From the IMG/VR virus record IMGVR_UViG_3300050147_000044, positions 1-24,699 of that record: 24,699 nucleotides of DNA, one strand, 5' to 3'. Below, piece after piece: positions 1 through 7,513 of this stretch. Positions within the stretch are counted from its first letter, which is position 1; every line of letters begins with the position of its first letter. Position numbers and translations under genes: made by a program. The DNA comes from a virus (Duplodnaviria > Caudoviricetes). The notes below the pieces were generated by a model. The model searched no databases. It saw nothing but the letters and a program-made list of their open reading frames with translations, and was not told the origin of the DNA.

Positions 1-27
1 GTCGCGCGCTGAACTCAGGGGTTAGGC
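1..27 (+). repeat. 3' half of an integron attC-like site (cut by the window edge)
   Basis: CTGAAC (L'-like), 6-bp spacer TCAGGG, then GTTAGGC (R' core GTTRRRY, 21-27); same geometry as the right arm of the 568-634 site. Confidence 0.7.
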
Positions 28-270
28 CCTCTCTGTCGCGGCCTTGGTGAAGTTCACCAGGGCCTCGATATACATGTCCGGGATGTCCTTCGGGTTGCAG
101 CCACCGTTCAGCCATTCGCCCACAGCGATGGCGCTCAGCTTGAGCTGGTGGGCGTCTTCCTTGGCCTTGGCTGCAGCGGCTCGCTCCTTCTTCAGGCGTT
201 CGCACGGCTACGCCCGGCCATCCCTCAACCACGGGTCATCGCCGCAGTCGTTCAGGCAGTCGCACTTCAC
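22..270 (-). pseudogene. Small Cys-containing hypothetical ORF (83 codons including the stop) interrupted by an in-frame TAG
   Basis: Manual translation MKCDCLNDCGDDPWLRDGRA*PCERLKKERAAAAKAKEDAHQLKLSAIAVGEWLNGGCNPKDIPDMYIEALVNFTKAATERA*. GTG start 1 nt after the upstream stop, with GGAG upstream. TAG at 208-210. Terminal TAA lies inside the attC core. Confidence 0.6.
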
Positions 271-271
271 C

Positions 272-469
272 TCAGGCTCCCACGGCCGTGGTCAGCAGTT
301 CGTGGAAGTAGGCCGCACGATCGGCAGACAGTTGGCTCACCTCGGCGGCGGCCACTTCGTCGGCGGTCATGAACTTTTGCGGGTCGGCGCGGTAGCCGTT
401 CTCCCATGCCTCGAAGGCCTTGGCCATCTGCTCGATGCTGACGTTGATGGTCTGCGTGGTATTGCTCAT
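272..469 (-). CDS. Hypothetical protein, 65 aa (MSNTTQTINV...), cassette-borne
   Basis: ATG at 469 follows GGAAAGG in the conserved leader repeat; part of ORF 272..607. Confidence 0.8.
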   Translation of the reverse strand: MSNTTQTINVSIEQMAKAFEAWENGYRADPQKFMTADEVAAAEVSQLSADRAAYFHELLTTAVGA

Positions 470-505
470 CTCGTACCTTTCCGCCAGGCTTCGCCCGGCT
501 CGTTG
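462..505. repeat. Leader repeat copy 1 (hairpin + RBS + ATGAGCAA on the minus strand)
   Basis: 41/44 identical to 964-1007; the three differences fall in the hairpin loop. Confidence 0.92.
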
Positions 506-567
506 CAAAATGCTCGGCCTGGCGGCCCAGCTTGGTGTTGTGCCCATGGTGGGCGGTGTGGTTGCTG

Positions 568-634
568 GCCTAACTCTCCGTTCAACTCGGACGTGCATGC
601 TTCGCACGCCCGCCGGTTAACTTTTGGGTTAGGC
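568..634 (+). repeat. Complete integron attC-like recombination site (67 bp)
   Basis: R'' GCCTAAC (568-574), 5-bp spacer, L'' GTTCAAC with an extra C, central stem CGTGC/GCACG, L' GTTAAC, 6-bp spacer, R' GTTAGGC (628-634). Confidence 0.85.
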
Positions 635-641
635 CCCCAAT

Positions 642-971
642 TCAGACCATGTCCACGTGCTGCATGTCGTGCTCGCTGAACTTGTTTGACACCTTGATGT
701 TTTCGTCAGTGCTCAGGGCTTGAGCGATCACGCTCATGGTGTCCAGCAGGTCGCGCTTGTCCCAGTGCCCTCGCTCATCCACCGCCTTGTTCTTCCAGCA
801 CAAGGTGAATCGGTCCTGGGGCACGGCGCGGTCCTTCGGGTGGTTGTAGCCAACACACACAAAGCTGGCTGGCGCTTTGGTCTTTGCGTCGGGCTCGTCT
901 GCGCATAGGTTGGCCACTGGTGTGCAATCTGTGCGGCAGCGCCAGCAGGTGTTCTCGGTTTGGTTGCTCAT
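642..971 (-). CDS. Hypothetical Cys-rich protein, 109 aa (MSNQTENTCWRC...)
   Basis: ATG at 971 in leader repeat copy 2; CxxC near the N-terminus; stop 7 nt from the attC core. Confidence 0.8.
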   Translation of the reverse strand: MSNQTENTCWRCRTDCTPVANLCADEPDAKTKAPASFVCVGYNHPKDRAVPQDRFTLCWKNKAVDERGHWDKRDLLDTMSVIAQALSTDENIKVSNKFSEHDMQHVDMV

Positions 972-1007
972 CTCGTACCTTTCCGCCAGGCGCTGCCCGG
1001 CTCGTTG
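964..1007. repeat. Leader repeat copy 2
   Basis: Direct repeat of 462-505. Confidence 0.92.
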
Positions 1008-1050
1008 AAAACGCCCATGCCTGCGGCATCGGCTTGTGGTTGAGGTAGCC

Positions 1051-1374
1051 TCAAAACGGAAGGTCCTTGTCGCTGGTGGCAAACCGTTCTTTGATGCGAG
1101 ACCGCATCATCGAAAGCAGCCACTCTCGGCGCTTGGCCTGGCTGTACTTGATCGCCTTGCTGGCCCATCGAATGCGGCTGGCCCAAAGCGCAGACAGCCA
1201 GCGCCCTTGCACTTGTTCGCGGGCACCGAGGTATACCCACTTGTCTTGTTTGATCGCCCAATGCGGACCGAGGATCACGGCTGGCTCACATGGATCAGGC
1301 CGGGCCTTTCTCAGCGGGTGTTGCTTTCTCCAGCGCAGGGCTCTTGGGGTGGGTGCAGCCTTTGCAATGGCCAT
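1051..1374 (-). CDS. Hypothetical basic, Trp-rich phage protein, 107 aa
   Basis: ATG 7 nt after the stop of the upstream gene; ends DLPF*. Confidence 0.7.
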   Translation of the reverse strand: MAIAKAAPTPRALRWRKQHPLRKARPDPCEPAVILGPHWAIKQDKWVYLGAREQVQGRWLSALWASRIRWASKAIKYSQAKRREWLLSMMRSRIKERFATSDKDLPF

Positions 1375-1381
1375 GCCTGCC

Positions 1382-1654
1382 TCACTCTTGCTCGCCAAGG
1401 CCCATTTCTCGGGCCTCGTTGATGGCATCACCCAGCGCGCAGGCCAGGCTGGTGTGTTGGCGCTCAATTTCGAGCTTGGTATTGCGGCGGTGACCGATGA
1501 GCGTGACTTTATAGCCCGTGGGCTTGGTGTCCTTGAAGTCGCTCATCGTCCACACGCGGATGAGGCCAAGCGTTTCGGCTTCGGTCCAGAGCTCGTCAAG
1601 CGTCAGCTGCCGCAGCGAGATGATAGGACTCAGGGGTTTGCTCAATGGGCTCAT
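1382..1654 (-). CDS. Hypothetical phage protein, 90 aa
   Basis: ORF in operon orientation, GAAGG upstream, globular-looking composition. Confidence 0.75.
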   Translation of the reverse strand: MSPLSKPLSPIISLRQLTLDELWTEAETLGLIRVWTMSDFKDTKPTGYKVTLIGHRRNTKLEIERQHTSLACALGDAINEAREMGLGEQE

Positions 1655-1814
1655 TGGTTGCCTTCATGAAAAGTTGAAGAGTGCCGCCTGGTCACATATG
1701 GCAGTGGATCGCTTGAACAAGGCCTCGATTAAGAGGAGTACTACACTGCGGCGCCGACCCGCAGCCCAGGCGGCTCTCATGACTGCGTCCGGCTGGGCGC
1801 ACTGATGAGGGCGC

Positions 1815-2069
1815 TTAGGCCTCGCTGGCTTGGCCGCGAGGTTTGTGCAGCCATGCGCTGCGCTGCTCAATGACCTCGGTTTGTGCAGGCTTGTGCACAC
1901 GGCATTCATGAGGCCGGTCGAAAGAGAAGAACTTGAAAAGCGGGCCTTGCTTGCACTGGCCGAAGCCGTGCTTGGCCATCTCGCGGGCTGAGCGCTGCGA
2001 CTTCTCGTTGGTGATGAGCGGGTGGCCGCGCAGCGTGAAGTGGTCGCAGGTAATGCATTGCTGGCTCAT
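1815..2069 (-). CDS. Hypothetical Cys/His protein, 84 aa (MSQQCITCDHF...), possibly Zn-binding
   Basis: ATGA overlap with the upstream gene; CxxCxHF...C...C pattern. Confidence 0.75.
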   Translation of the reverse strand: MSQQCITCDHFTLRGHPLITNEKSQRSAREMAKHGFGQCKQGPLFKFFSFDRPHECRVHKPAQTEVIEQRSAWLHKPRGQASEA

Positions 2070-2677
2070 GGTTTGAGCCTCTTGAAGCTGACAGCCCACA
2101 CCCAAGGGTTAAGAGCCCATGCGCCGGGGCCGTTGATCTGGTCCCACAGCTCGGCATACCACTGGCGTGGGTCAGGGCCTGCGGCCATGTTGGGGAATGG
2201 GCAGCCCTCGGCCATGGCGTCACCACGGCTGATGTCTTGCAAGCGCTCAACACGCACCTGGGTGATCTCCAGCGTGATGCGGCTGGCCCAGCGGGGCATG
2301 TGGATGCTGGGGCGCCATTTTTCTACCCAGGGCTCTCCGCCATCAGCTTGGTAGTGGATGATGGGCTTCGGGCTCTTGGTGTCATCACGCATCCACGCAT
2401 CCCATGCCCCCCAGCAATCAGGCTGGGGGGGGGCGTGGTTCTCTCTCACCCAAATCTGGTCGCCTGGCTCGCCGTAACGGCAAGGTACGGCAAAGTCGAG
2501 CAGCGAGTCGTCATCCATAGCCCAGTGATGTTTGCGAGGGTCAGGGTAGTGATAGGTGCAAAACTGAGTCGTGCCGGTCGGTGGCTGTACCTTCAGCACG
2601 CGCCTGGTCTGCGTCTTCGTGCCATCCAGGAGGGCGCGCACCATCGGTGCGCTGTAGAGCATCGGTCTTGTGATCAT
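2066..2677 (-). CDS. Conserved phage protein with ASCH/PUA-like domain, 203 aa
   Basis: Motifs MVRALLDGTKTQTRR, GDQIWVRE, WRPSIHMPRWASRITLEIT.VRVERLQDIS..DA.AEG and NPWVW; ATGA overlap with the methyltransferase stop. Confidence 0.85.
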   Translation of the reverse strand: MITRPMLYSAPMVRALLDGTKTQTRRVLKVQPPTGTTQFCTYHYPDPRKHHWAMDDDSLLDFAVPCRYGEPGDQIWVRENHAPPQPDCWGAWDAWMRDDTKSPKPIIHYQADGGEPWVEKWRPSIHMPRWASRITLEITQVRVERLQDISRGDAMAEGCPFPNMAAGPDPRQWYAELWDQINGPGAWALNPWVWAVSFKRLKP

Positions 2678-4242
2678 GCTGCTTGCTCCAGCGCTTGCCG
2701 CTCGGCGTAGTTGGCAGCCACAATCGCGCGGGCCAGCGGCGGGCATACGCTGTTGCCGCACATGCGAACCTGGGCATCCTTGGGCAGTGGCCTGCCGTCT
2801 GCGCCGCGGTCGATGATGTAGCTGTCAGGGAACCCTTGAGCCCGATAAAGTTCACGTGGCTGCAGCATGCGCATGCCGATGTCCGCGATCTCATAGTGCT
2901 GGCCAGCCACGGTCACCAGGCCAAAGCGAGGCTTGGTAGTGACCGTATGCATGGGGTCATCCAGTGGGGTGTCCTGATGGCTGCCGTAATAGGCGGTCAG
3001 GAAGGCGCTGACCGCCGCTGCATTGCCTCCGCTGGCCACGACGGTCTGCAAGGGCTTGCTGATCTGGCGGTTGCCGTGAGACCAGCGCTTGACACCTGAT
3101 GGCGACACATCACTGTGTGCCGAGTCCACCAGCAGTGGCGCCACCAGGCTGTGGTGGTCAACGCTGGTGACCGTGCCGATGGGGGCGCGCAGCTCGCTGC
3201 CGATCACGCCTGTGTAATGCTTCGCCAAAAAGGCTGTGACCAGGGCGTGCTTTGATGCCCCCGCCACCACGGTGCCCAGCGGCTTGTGCAGGCCCGGTGC
3301 GCGCGGCGCCTGACCCTCGCGCTCGCCATAGCCAGTCTGCACCAGCGTCGGGCTGCACAGCAGGTGTTCAGCCTTGCTGGTGATGGTCGACACCGGTTCA
3401 CGCATGCTGCGCACCTTGCCGCTGTCACCGTGCCCTGTGTGTCCTATGCGCACCACAAAAGGCTCGGCTGAGTTGACCACGTAGCGCATGACGCCATGCG
3501 CAATGCGGCGCAGCGTGGCTTCAGCCAGTGGCCGCTCGCGCTCAAAGATCGACGGGCACGGCAAGCTCCAGTCAATGCACTCGGCCGCGGTGCGCCAAGG
3601 CTTGAGGCTGGAGCCTCGGGCGGGCCTTTCGGCGTGGGTCGGCTCTGGCCACACGATGGGCATGCGATCGCATCGGGCCACTAGGAATAGCCGCTTGCGG
3701 ATGGTCGGGGCGCCGTAATCACAGGCGCGCATTTCGCGCCACTCGACTGTGTAGCCAAGGTTGCGCAGCCGCTGCACCCACTTGTGGAAGGTCTGGCCTT
3801 TGCGCATCGGGCAGGGTCTGCCAGACTTCAGCAGCGGCCCCCAGGTCTTGAACTCTTCGACGTTTTCCAAGCAGATCACACGCGGCCGCACCAGGCGAGC
3901 CCAGCGGATCACAACACCCGCAAGGCTGCGAATCTTCTTACTGACGGGTTTGCCCCCCTTGGCTTTGCTGAAGTGCTTGCAATCGGGCGATGCCCACAGC
4001 AGCCCCACAGGTCTGCCATCGGCCACCACGAGTGGATCGACCTCGAACACGTCGCTCACAAAGTGCAGGGTCTGCGGGTGGTTCGCTTGGTGCAATGCCA
4101 CCGCATCAGCCGCATGGTTGATGGCGATATCGACATGCCGGCCAATGGCCTGTTCTATGCCTGTGCTGGCGCCACCACCACCCGCGAACAGGTCAACAAC
4201 GAGCTCACTTGCCATCGGCAAGATGTATTGATTCGAGATCAT
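2674..4242 (-). CDS. Phage DNA (cytosine-5) methyltransferase, 522 aa
   Basis: Motif I DLFAGGGG, IV SPDCKHFS, VI ENV, VIII RKRLF, IX RMLQPRE, X GNSV. Confidence 0.96.
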   Translation of the reverse strand: MISNQYILPMASELVVDLFAGGGGASTGIEQAIGRHVDIAINHAADAVALHQANHPQTLHFVSDVFEVDPLVVADGRPVGLLWASPDCKHFSKAKGGKPVSKKIRSLAGVVIRWARLVRPRVICLENVEEFKTWGPLLKSGRPCPMRKGQTFHKWVQRLRNLGYTVEWREMRACDYGAPTIRKRLFLVARCDRMPIVWPEPTHAERPARGSSLKPWRTAAECIDWSLPCPSIFERERPLAEATLRRIAHGVMRYVVNSAEPFVVRIGHTGHGDSGKVRSMREPVSTITSKAEHLLCSPTLVQTGYGEREGQAPRAPGLHKPLGTVVAGASKHALVTAFLAKHYTGVIGSELRAPIGTVTSVDHHSLVAPLLVDSAHSDVSPSGVKRWSHGNRQISKPLQTVVASGGNAAAVSAFLTAYYGSHQDTPLDDPMHTVTTKPRFGLVTVAGQHYEIADIGMRMLQPRELYRAQGFPDSYIIDRGADGRPLPKDAQVRMCGNSVCPPLARAIVAANYAERQALEQAA

Positions 4243-4261
4243 GCGTGCCTCAATAAAAGGT

Positions 4262-4357
4262 CAGCGTGCCCGGCGCAACCCGGGCTATTTGTGCAGCTGC
4301 TACTAACGACAATGAAGGACAAGTTGCCGCACATCACCCGGGCCACCCGGGACGCTG
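4262..4357. other. Long imperfect inverted repeat / candidate structured RNA upstream of the methyltransferase
   Basis: Nested pairings on the minus strand: CAGCGT/ACGCTG, CCCGG/CCGGG, CCCGGG/CCCGGG, GTGCGGC/GCTGCAC, around a ~28-nt loop. Confidence 0.55.
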
Positions 4358-4366
4358 GTAAACGGG

Positions 4367-4618
4367 TCAGGCTGCGCCTGGTGGGAGCTTGCTGGTCACG
4401 CGCAGGTGCCCTTTGCCCTGCAGCAAGCTGCGGTAGCTGTTGATGGCAACGGCCTCAGCCTCGCGGGCCACGTTCTGCCCTACAGCAATGACCTGGCCGT
4501 CATCGGTGACGATGGCCAGCCGCGCGGGCTTGCCGTCTACCGTCACAGTGAGGCCTTCGTGGCAGACCGCTGAGATGACGACGCCGCTGATGGCGCCAGT
4601 GGGTTGGGTGCCGATCAT
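4367..4618 (-). CDS. Hypothetical phage protein, 83 aa (MIGTQPTG...)
   Basis: ATGA overlap at 4615-4618; GGAG upstream. Confidence 0.8.
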   Translation of the reverse strand: MIGTQPTGAISGVVISAVCHEGLTVTVDGKPARLAIVTDDGQVIAVGQNVAREAEAVAINSYRSLLQGKGHLRVTSKLPPGAA

Positions 4619-4932
4619 GGCTGCTCCATGCGGATGACGATGTGGCCAGCAACGCTGGTGCCGAGCTGGTCGAGCCGTGGGTTGCGCCACAGGCCATCAG
4701 AGAAGATCAGGTCGAGGTGCTGCAGCACGGTGTCTGCCGCTGCGGCCTTGTAGCCGCGGGGCACAGGCGCGGCATCGCAGTGCAGCACGATGTTTAAAAA
4801 GCCCGCTGGCTCACGGCTGAGCCATTGGCCCTCAGAGGGCAGGTCGCGCACCAGGTCAACGATCTGGCCGACCATGCGGGCATACCAAAGCAAGGGGTCA
4901 CTGCAGCCAGTAATGGCAAGGCGTTCGCTCAT
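4615..4932 (-). CDS. Hypothetical phage protein, 105 aa
   Basis: Coupled by ATGA overlaps at both ends. Confidence 0.8.
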   Translation of the reverse strand: MSERLAITGCSDPLLWYARMVGQIVDLVRDLPSEGQWLSREPAGFLNIVLHCDAAPVPRGYKAAAADTVLQHLDLIFSDGLWRNPRLDQLGTSVAGHIVIRMEQP

Positions 4933-5423
4933 GATGGGTCTCCGTCTGCGCGTTCGCGCCTACCGTCGGGCCAGATGCGCCAGCCCAGTTGCACACGGGG
5001 CAGGTCGCGGCAGTCCAGCGCGCCATCGCGGTAGACCATGGGCAGGCGGTCTGCAGGGCTCGCCAGCCGCACGATGCTGCGCGTGCGCAAGCTGGGGTCT
5101 TGCTCGATGGGCTTGAGCTGGCGCTCTGAGGCAACAAGGGGCGCAGGGGGGGGCGTGTGCGGTATGGCTGTGCAGCGCTGGTGGTCTTTGAGCCAGTAGC
5201 TGCGGCCAGACTCGGTCATACACCAGTCAAGCGTCGAGGGGCTCTGCGTGGCCAGGTCGGCGCGCTTGAGGCCCACCAGTGCGGCGCGCAGCTCGCCAGG
5301 CGTGAAGCGCATGGATGCCCGCAGGCTGCGCTGCACGATGCATGGGAACAGCAGGGGCCCGTCGCTGAACAGCAGCGCAGCGCAGGCGTAGCGGGCTGTG
5401 TCGGGCAGGTAGACGTAGCTCAT
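4929..5423 (-). CDS. Hypothetical phage protein, 164 aa; N-terminus possibly winged-helix-like
   Basis: ATGA overlaps at both ends; ELRAALVGLKRADLA...WCMTESG resembles a wHTH end (inference). Confidence 0.72.
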   Translation of the reverse strand: MSYVYLPDTARYACAALLFSDGPLLFPCIVQRSLRASMRFTPGELRAALVGLKRADLATQSPSTLDWCMTESGRSYWLKDHQRCTAIPHTPPPAPLVASERQLKPIEQDPSLRTRSIVRLASPADRLPMVYRDGALDCRDLPRVQLGWRIWPDGRRERADGDPS

Positions 5424-7513
5424 GCTATTACCTCTTCCGACGTTTGCCCTGGCAGCACTTCAACGTCTTGCTTGAGCACTGTGCTGCGGTTGGGTTTGCC
5501 GGTGCGCCAGCTCTCAACTTCGACCACGAGCGAGCCATCCCCGTTGACTTCAACAACGGTGGCAATGCGTTTGGCCTTCTTCACCTTAACCCTCTGGCCC
5601 ACCCAGTGGGCCAGCTGGCTGACATCCTTACTCTGCGCCCCTTGGGGCGCCTGGCTTTCGTCTTCCTGGGGCGACTTGTCGCCCCCTTGGCTGGCGGCGC
5701 CTATAACTTCGCCTGCCGGCGACGGAGTCTGGTGGGGTAGATCCGACTCCGATAGGTCGACGCTGGCCATGTCTTTGTTGCCGTCATACAGCTCGCGCCA
5801 CGCTACAGACTGCGCCTCGCACAGGCCTGGCAGCACCTGCTGGCTCACGTCATAGCTGTCATCGTCTGGCAGGTCCTGGATATCACCCAGCGAGATCAGC
5901 TCTGCGCACATCATGTGCAGCTGGTCGGTGTTCATCTCCATCGTGGCGTCAAACAGGTTGTCGCGCAGGCTCATGAGGCTGTTGATCTCCCAGCCCCACA
6001 GTTCGGCCATCAACGTCACCAGTTCGGCATCGTCCAGGTAGGTGGTGCCCAAGTCGATCGCCACCATGCGCAGGGCGTGCGTGTCGTCATCGATATAGCC
6101 CTGGTCCATGTAGTCCGCATGCAGCGCTTTGACCGCCTTGATGCGCCAGGCGCGGGCGTGCTGCACGCGCAGCTGGTGCACGGCGTCGTCATGCTGCTCA
6201 TCGCCGTCACCGTCGTTGGTTGGGCCATGCATGAACTGCTTGTTGCCAGTGGGGAAGGGCCAAGCTACATCAGCCTCCGTTTCAGGGCTGCGCGCAGCTG
6301 GCGTGCTGGGCTCTATGTAGCTGGTGTCGGGCTTCGTGGCCACGCTGGTGCCAAGGTCTGCCTTGGGCTTTTTGGCCTTGGGCTTGTCCTTGTCAGGGTC
6401 ATGCACCAGCAGGTCGTTGTCCCGCAGGGCTTTAATCGCCTTGGTGATCTCGACCACCTCGCGCAGCGTCTGCTCTTTGGGGTGCTCAAACAGTGCCGAT
6501 GGCTTGAGCAGCTTACCCAGCAGGCGCTGCAGGCTCTTGTCTGTGCCGGTCAGGGCTTGCATGCCCCGATCCATGTAAACGTAGTCGCCATTGAGCTCAT
6601 CGCTGGCCGTGCCGAATCTGAGCATCACGCGTGCGCCATCGCCCTCAAACACCACCAAGCCAGCTTCGCGCGCCTTGCTTTTGATGCGCTCGTTGAAGGC
6701 CAGCAGCTTGGAGGTGAAGCAATCGCCATCGGTGCAAACGTTGTCTGGCTCATCGTCAAACAAGCTGGGCTCGTTGCCGCTCATGCGTGAGCATGTCAGG
6801 CATGAGCCTGCACCCTCCAGCAGCGTGGCGTCGGTGATGGGGAACGTGGCCTTGTCAATGCGCAGGTGGAACTCTCGGCGCAGCAGCTCGCCCGCCGCTT
6901 TCACATTGATCTCGTCACCCTCTGCCGTGGCCTTGCGCAACTTGGCCAGGGCCTTGGGCTGCAGCTTGGCTGGCAGGCGCGCCAGTTTCTGCGCAATCGT
7001 GGCGTTGAACTCTTCGGCGTAGAAGGCTTCACGCAGGTCAGGCACCAGTGCCAGCAGCTTGAGCCTGTTGTAGACGTGGGTGCGGCTCTTGCCGATCTTG
7101 GCTGCCAGGTCATCGGCCGACTGGTCGGTCGCATCGGCGTGGCCGTAGGCACGCAGCAAGGCCTCGAAGCCTTCGGCCTCTTCAAGCGGGTGCAGGTCTT
7201 CACGCTGCGCGTTCTCGATCACCGCGATCTCAAGGGCCTCGGTGTCAGTCATCTCGCGCACGATCGACGGGACCTGGGGCAGCTCGGCCATGCAGCTGGC
7301 GCGCCAGCGGCGCTCACCCGCCACGATCTCAAAGTGCTCCACCTCGCCCACCATGGTGGGCCGTGTCAGGATCGGCTGCAGCACGCCATGCCGCTTGATG
7401 TTGTCGGCCAGCTCTTTCATGGCCTGCTCTTTGAATCGGCGGCGTGGGTTGAGGTGCGAGCGCAGCACAAGCTGGATGTCCAGCAGCTTGGGTAAGTCAA
7501 AAAGCGGGGTCAC
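5420..7513 (-). CDS. ParB/RepB/Spo0J family protein with long C-terminal extension, 697 aa
   Basis: NPRRRF, GVLQPI, IVAGERRWRA (box II), IENAQREDL.PLEEA and HTH LAAKIGKSRTHVYNRLKL. Confidence 0.93.
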   Translation of the reverse strand: MTPLFDLPKLLDIQLVLRSHLNPRRRFKEQAMKELADNIKRHGVLQPILTRPTMVGEVEHFEIVAGERRWRASCMAELPQVPSIVREMTDTEALEIAVIENAQREDLHPLEEAEGFEALLRAYGHADATDQSADDLAAKIGKSRTHVYNRLKLLALVPDLREAFYAEEFNATIAQKLARLPAKLQPKALAKLRKATAEGDEINVKAAGELLRREFHLRIDKATFPITDATLLEGAGSCLTCSRMSGNEPSLFDDEPDNVCTDGDCFTSKLLAFNERIKSKAREAGLVVFEGDGARVMLRFGTASDELNGDYVYMDRGMQALTGTDKSLQRLLGKLLKPSALFEHPKEQTLREVVEITKAIKALRDNDLLVHDPDKDKPKAKKPKADLGTSVATKPDTSYIEPSTPAARSPETEADVAWPFPTGNKQFMHGPTNDGDGDEQHDDAVHQLRVQHARAWRIKAVKALHADYMDQGYIDDDTHALRMVAIDLGTTYLDDAELVTLMAELWGWEINSLMSLRDNLFDATMEMNTDQLHMMCAELISLGDIQDLPDDDSYDVSQQVLPGLCEAQSVAWRELYDGNKDMASVDLSESDLPHQTPSPAGEVIGAASQGGDKSPQEDESQAPQGAQSKDVSQLAHWVGQRVKVKKAKRIATVVEVNGDGSLVVEVESWRTGKPNRSTVLKQDVEVLPGQTSEEVIA

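Noticed and set aside
44-679. 211-aa + strand ORF in canonical cassette orientation
   Set aside because: It runs through the attC site, has no clear RBS and reads like an antisense shadow of the minus-strand genes, which have good RBSs
462-1007. Repeats read as a CRISPR array
   Set aside because: Only two copies, about 500 bp apart, separated by genes; no cas genes
1814-1820. CTTAGGC at a gene end, resembling an attC core
   Set aside because: It lacks the invariant GTT and has no L boxes or partner RYYYAAC
1664-1909. 81-aa minus-strand ORF, or a 38-aa version from about 1780
   Set aside because: It overlaps the 1815-2069 gene and lacks a convincing RBS; a small gene cannot be excluded but is unsupported
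4262-4357. tRNA-like cloverleaf
   Set aside because: No T-loop GTTCRA, D-loop or CCA end recognisable
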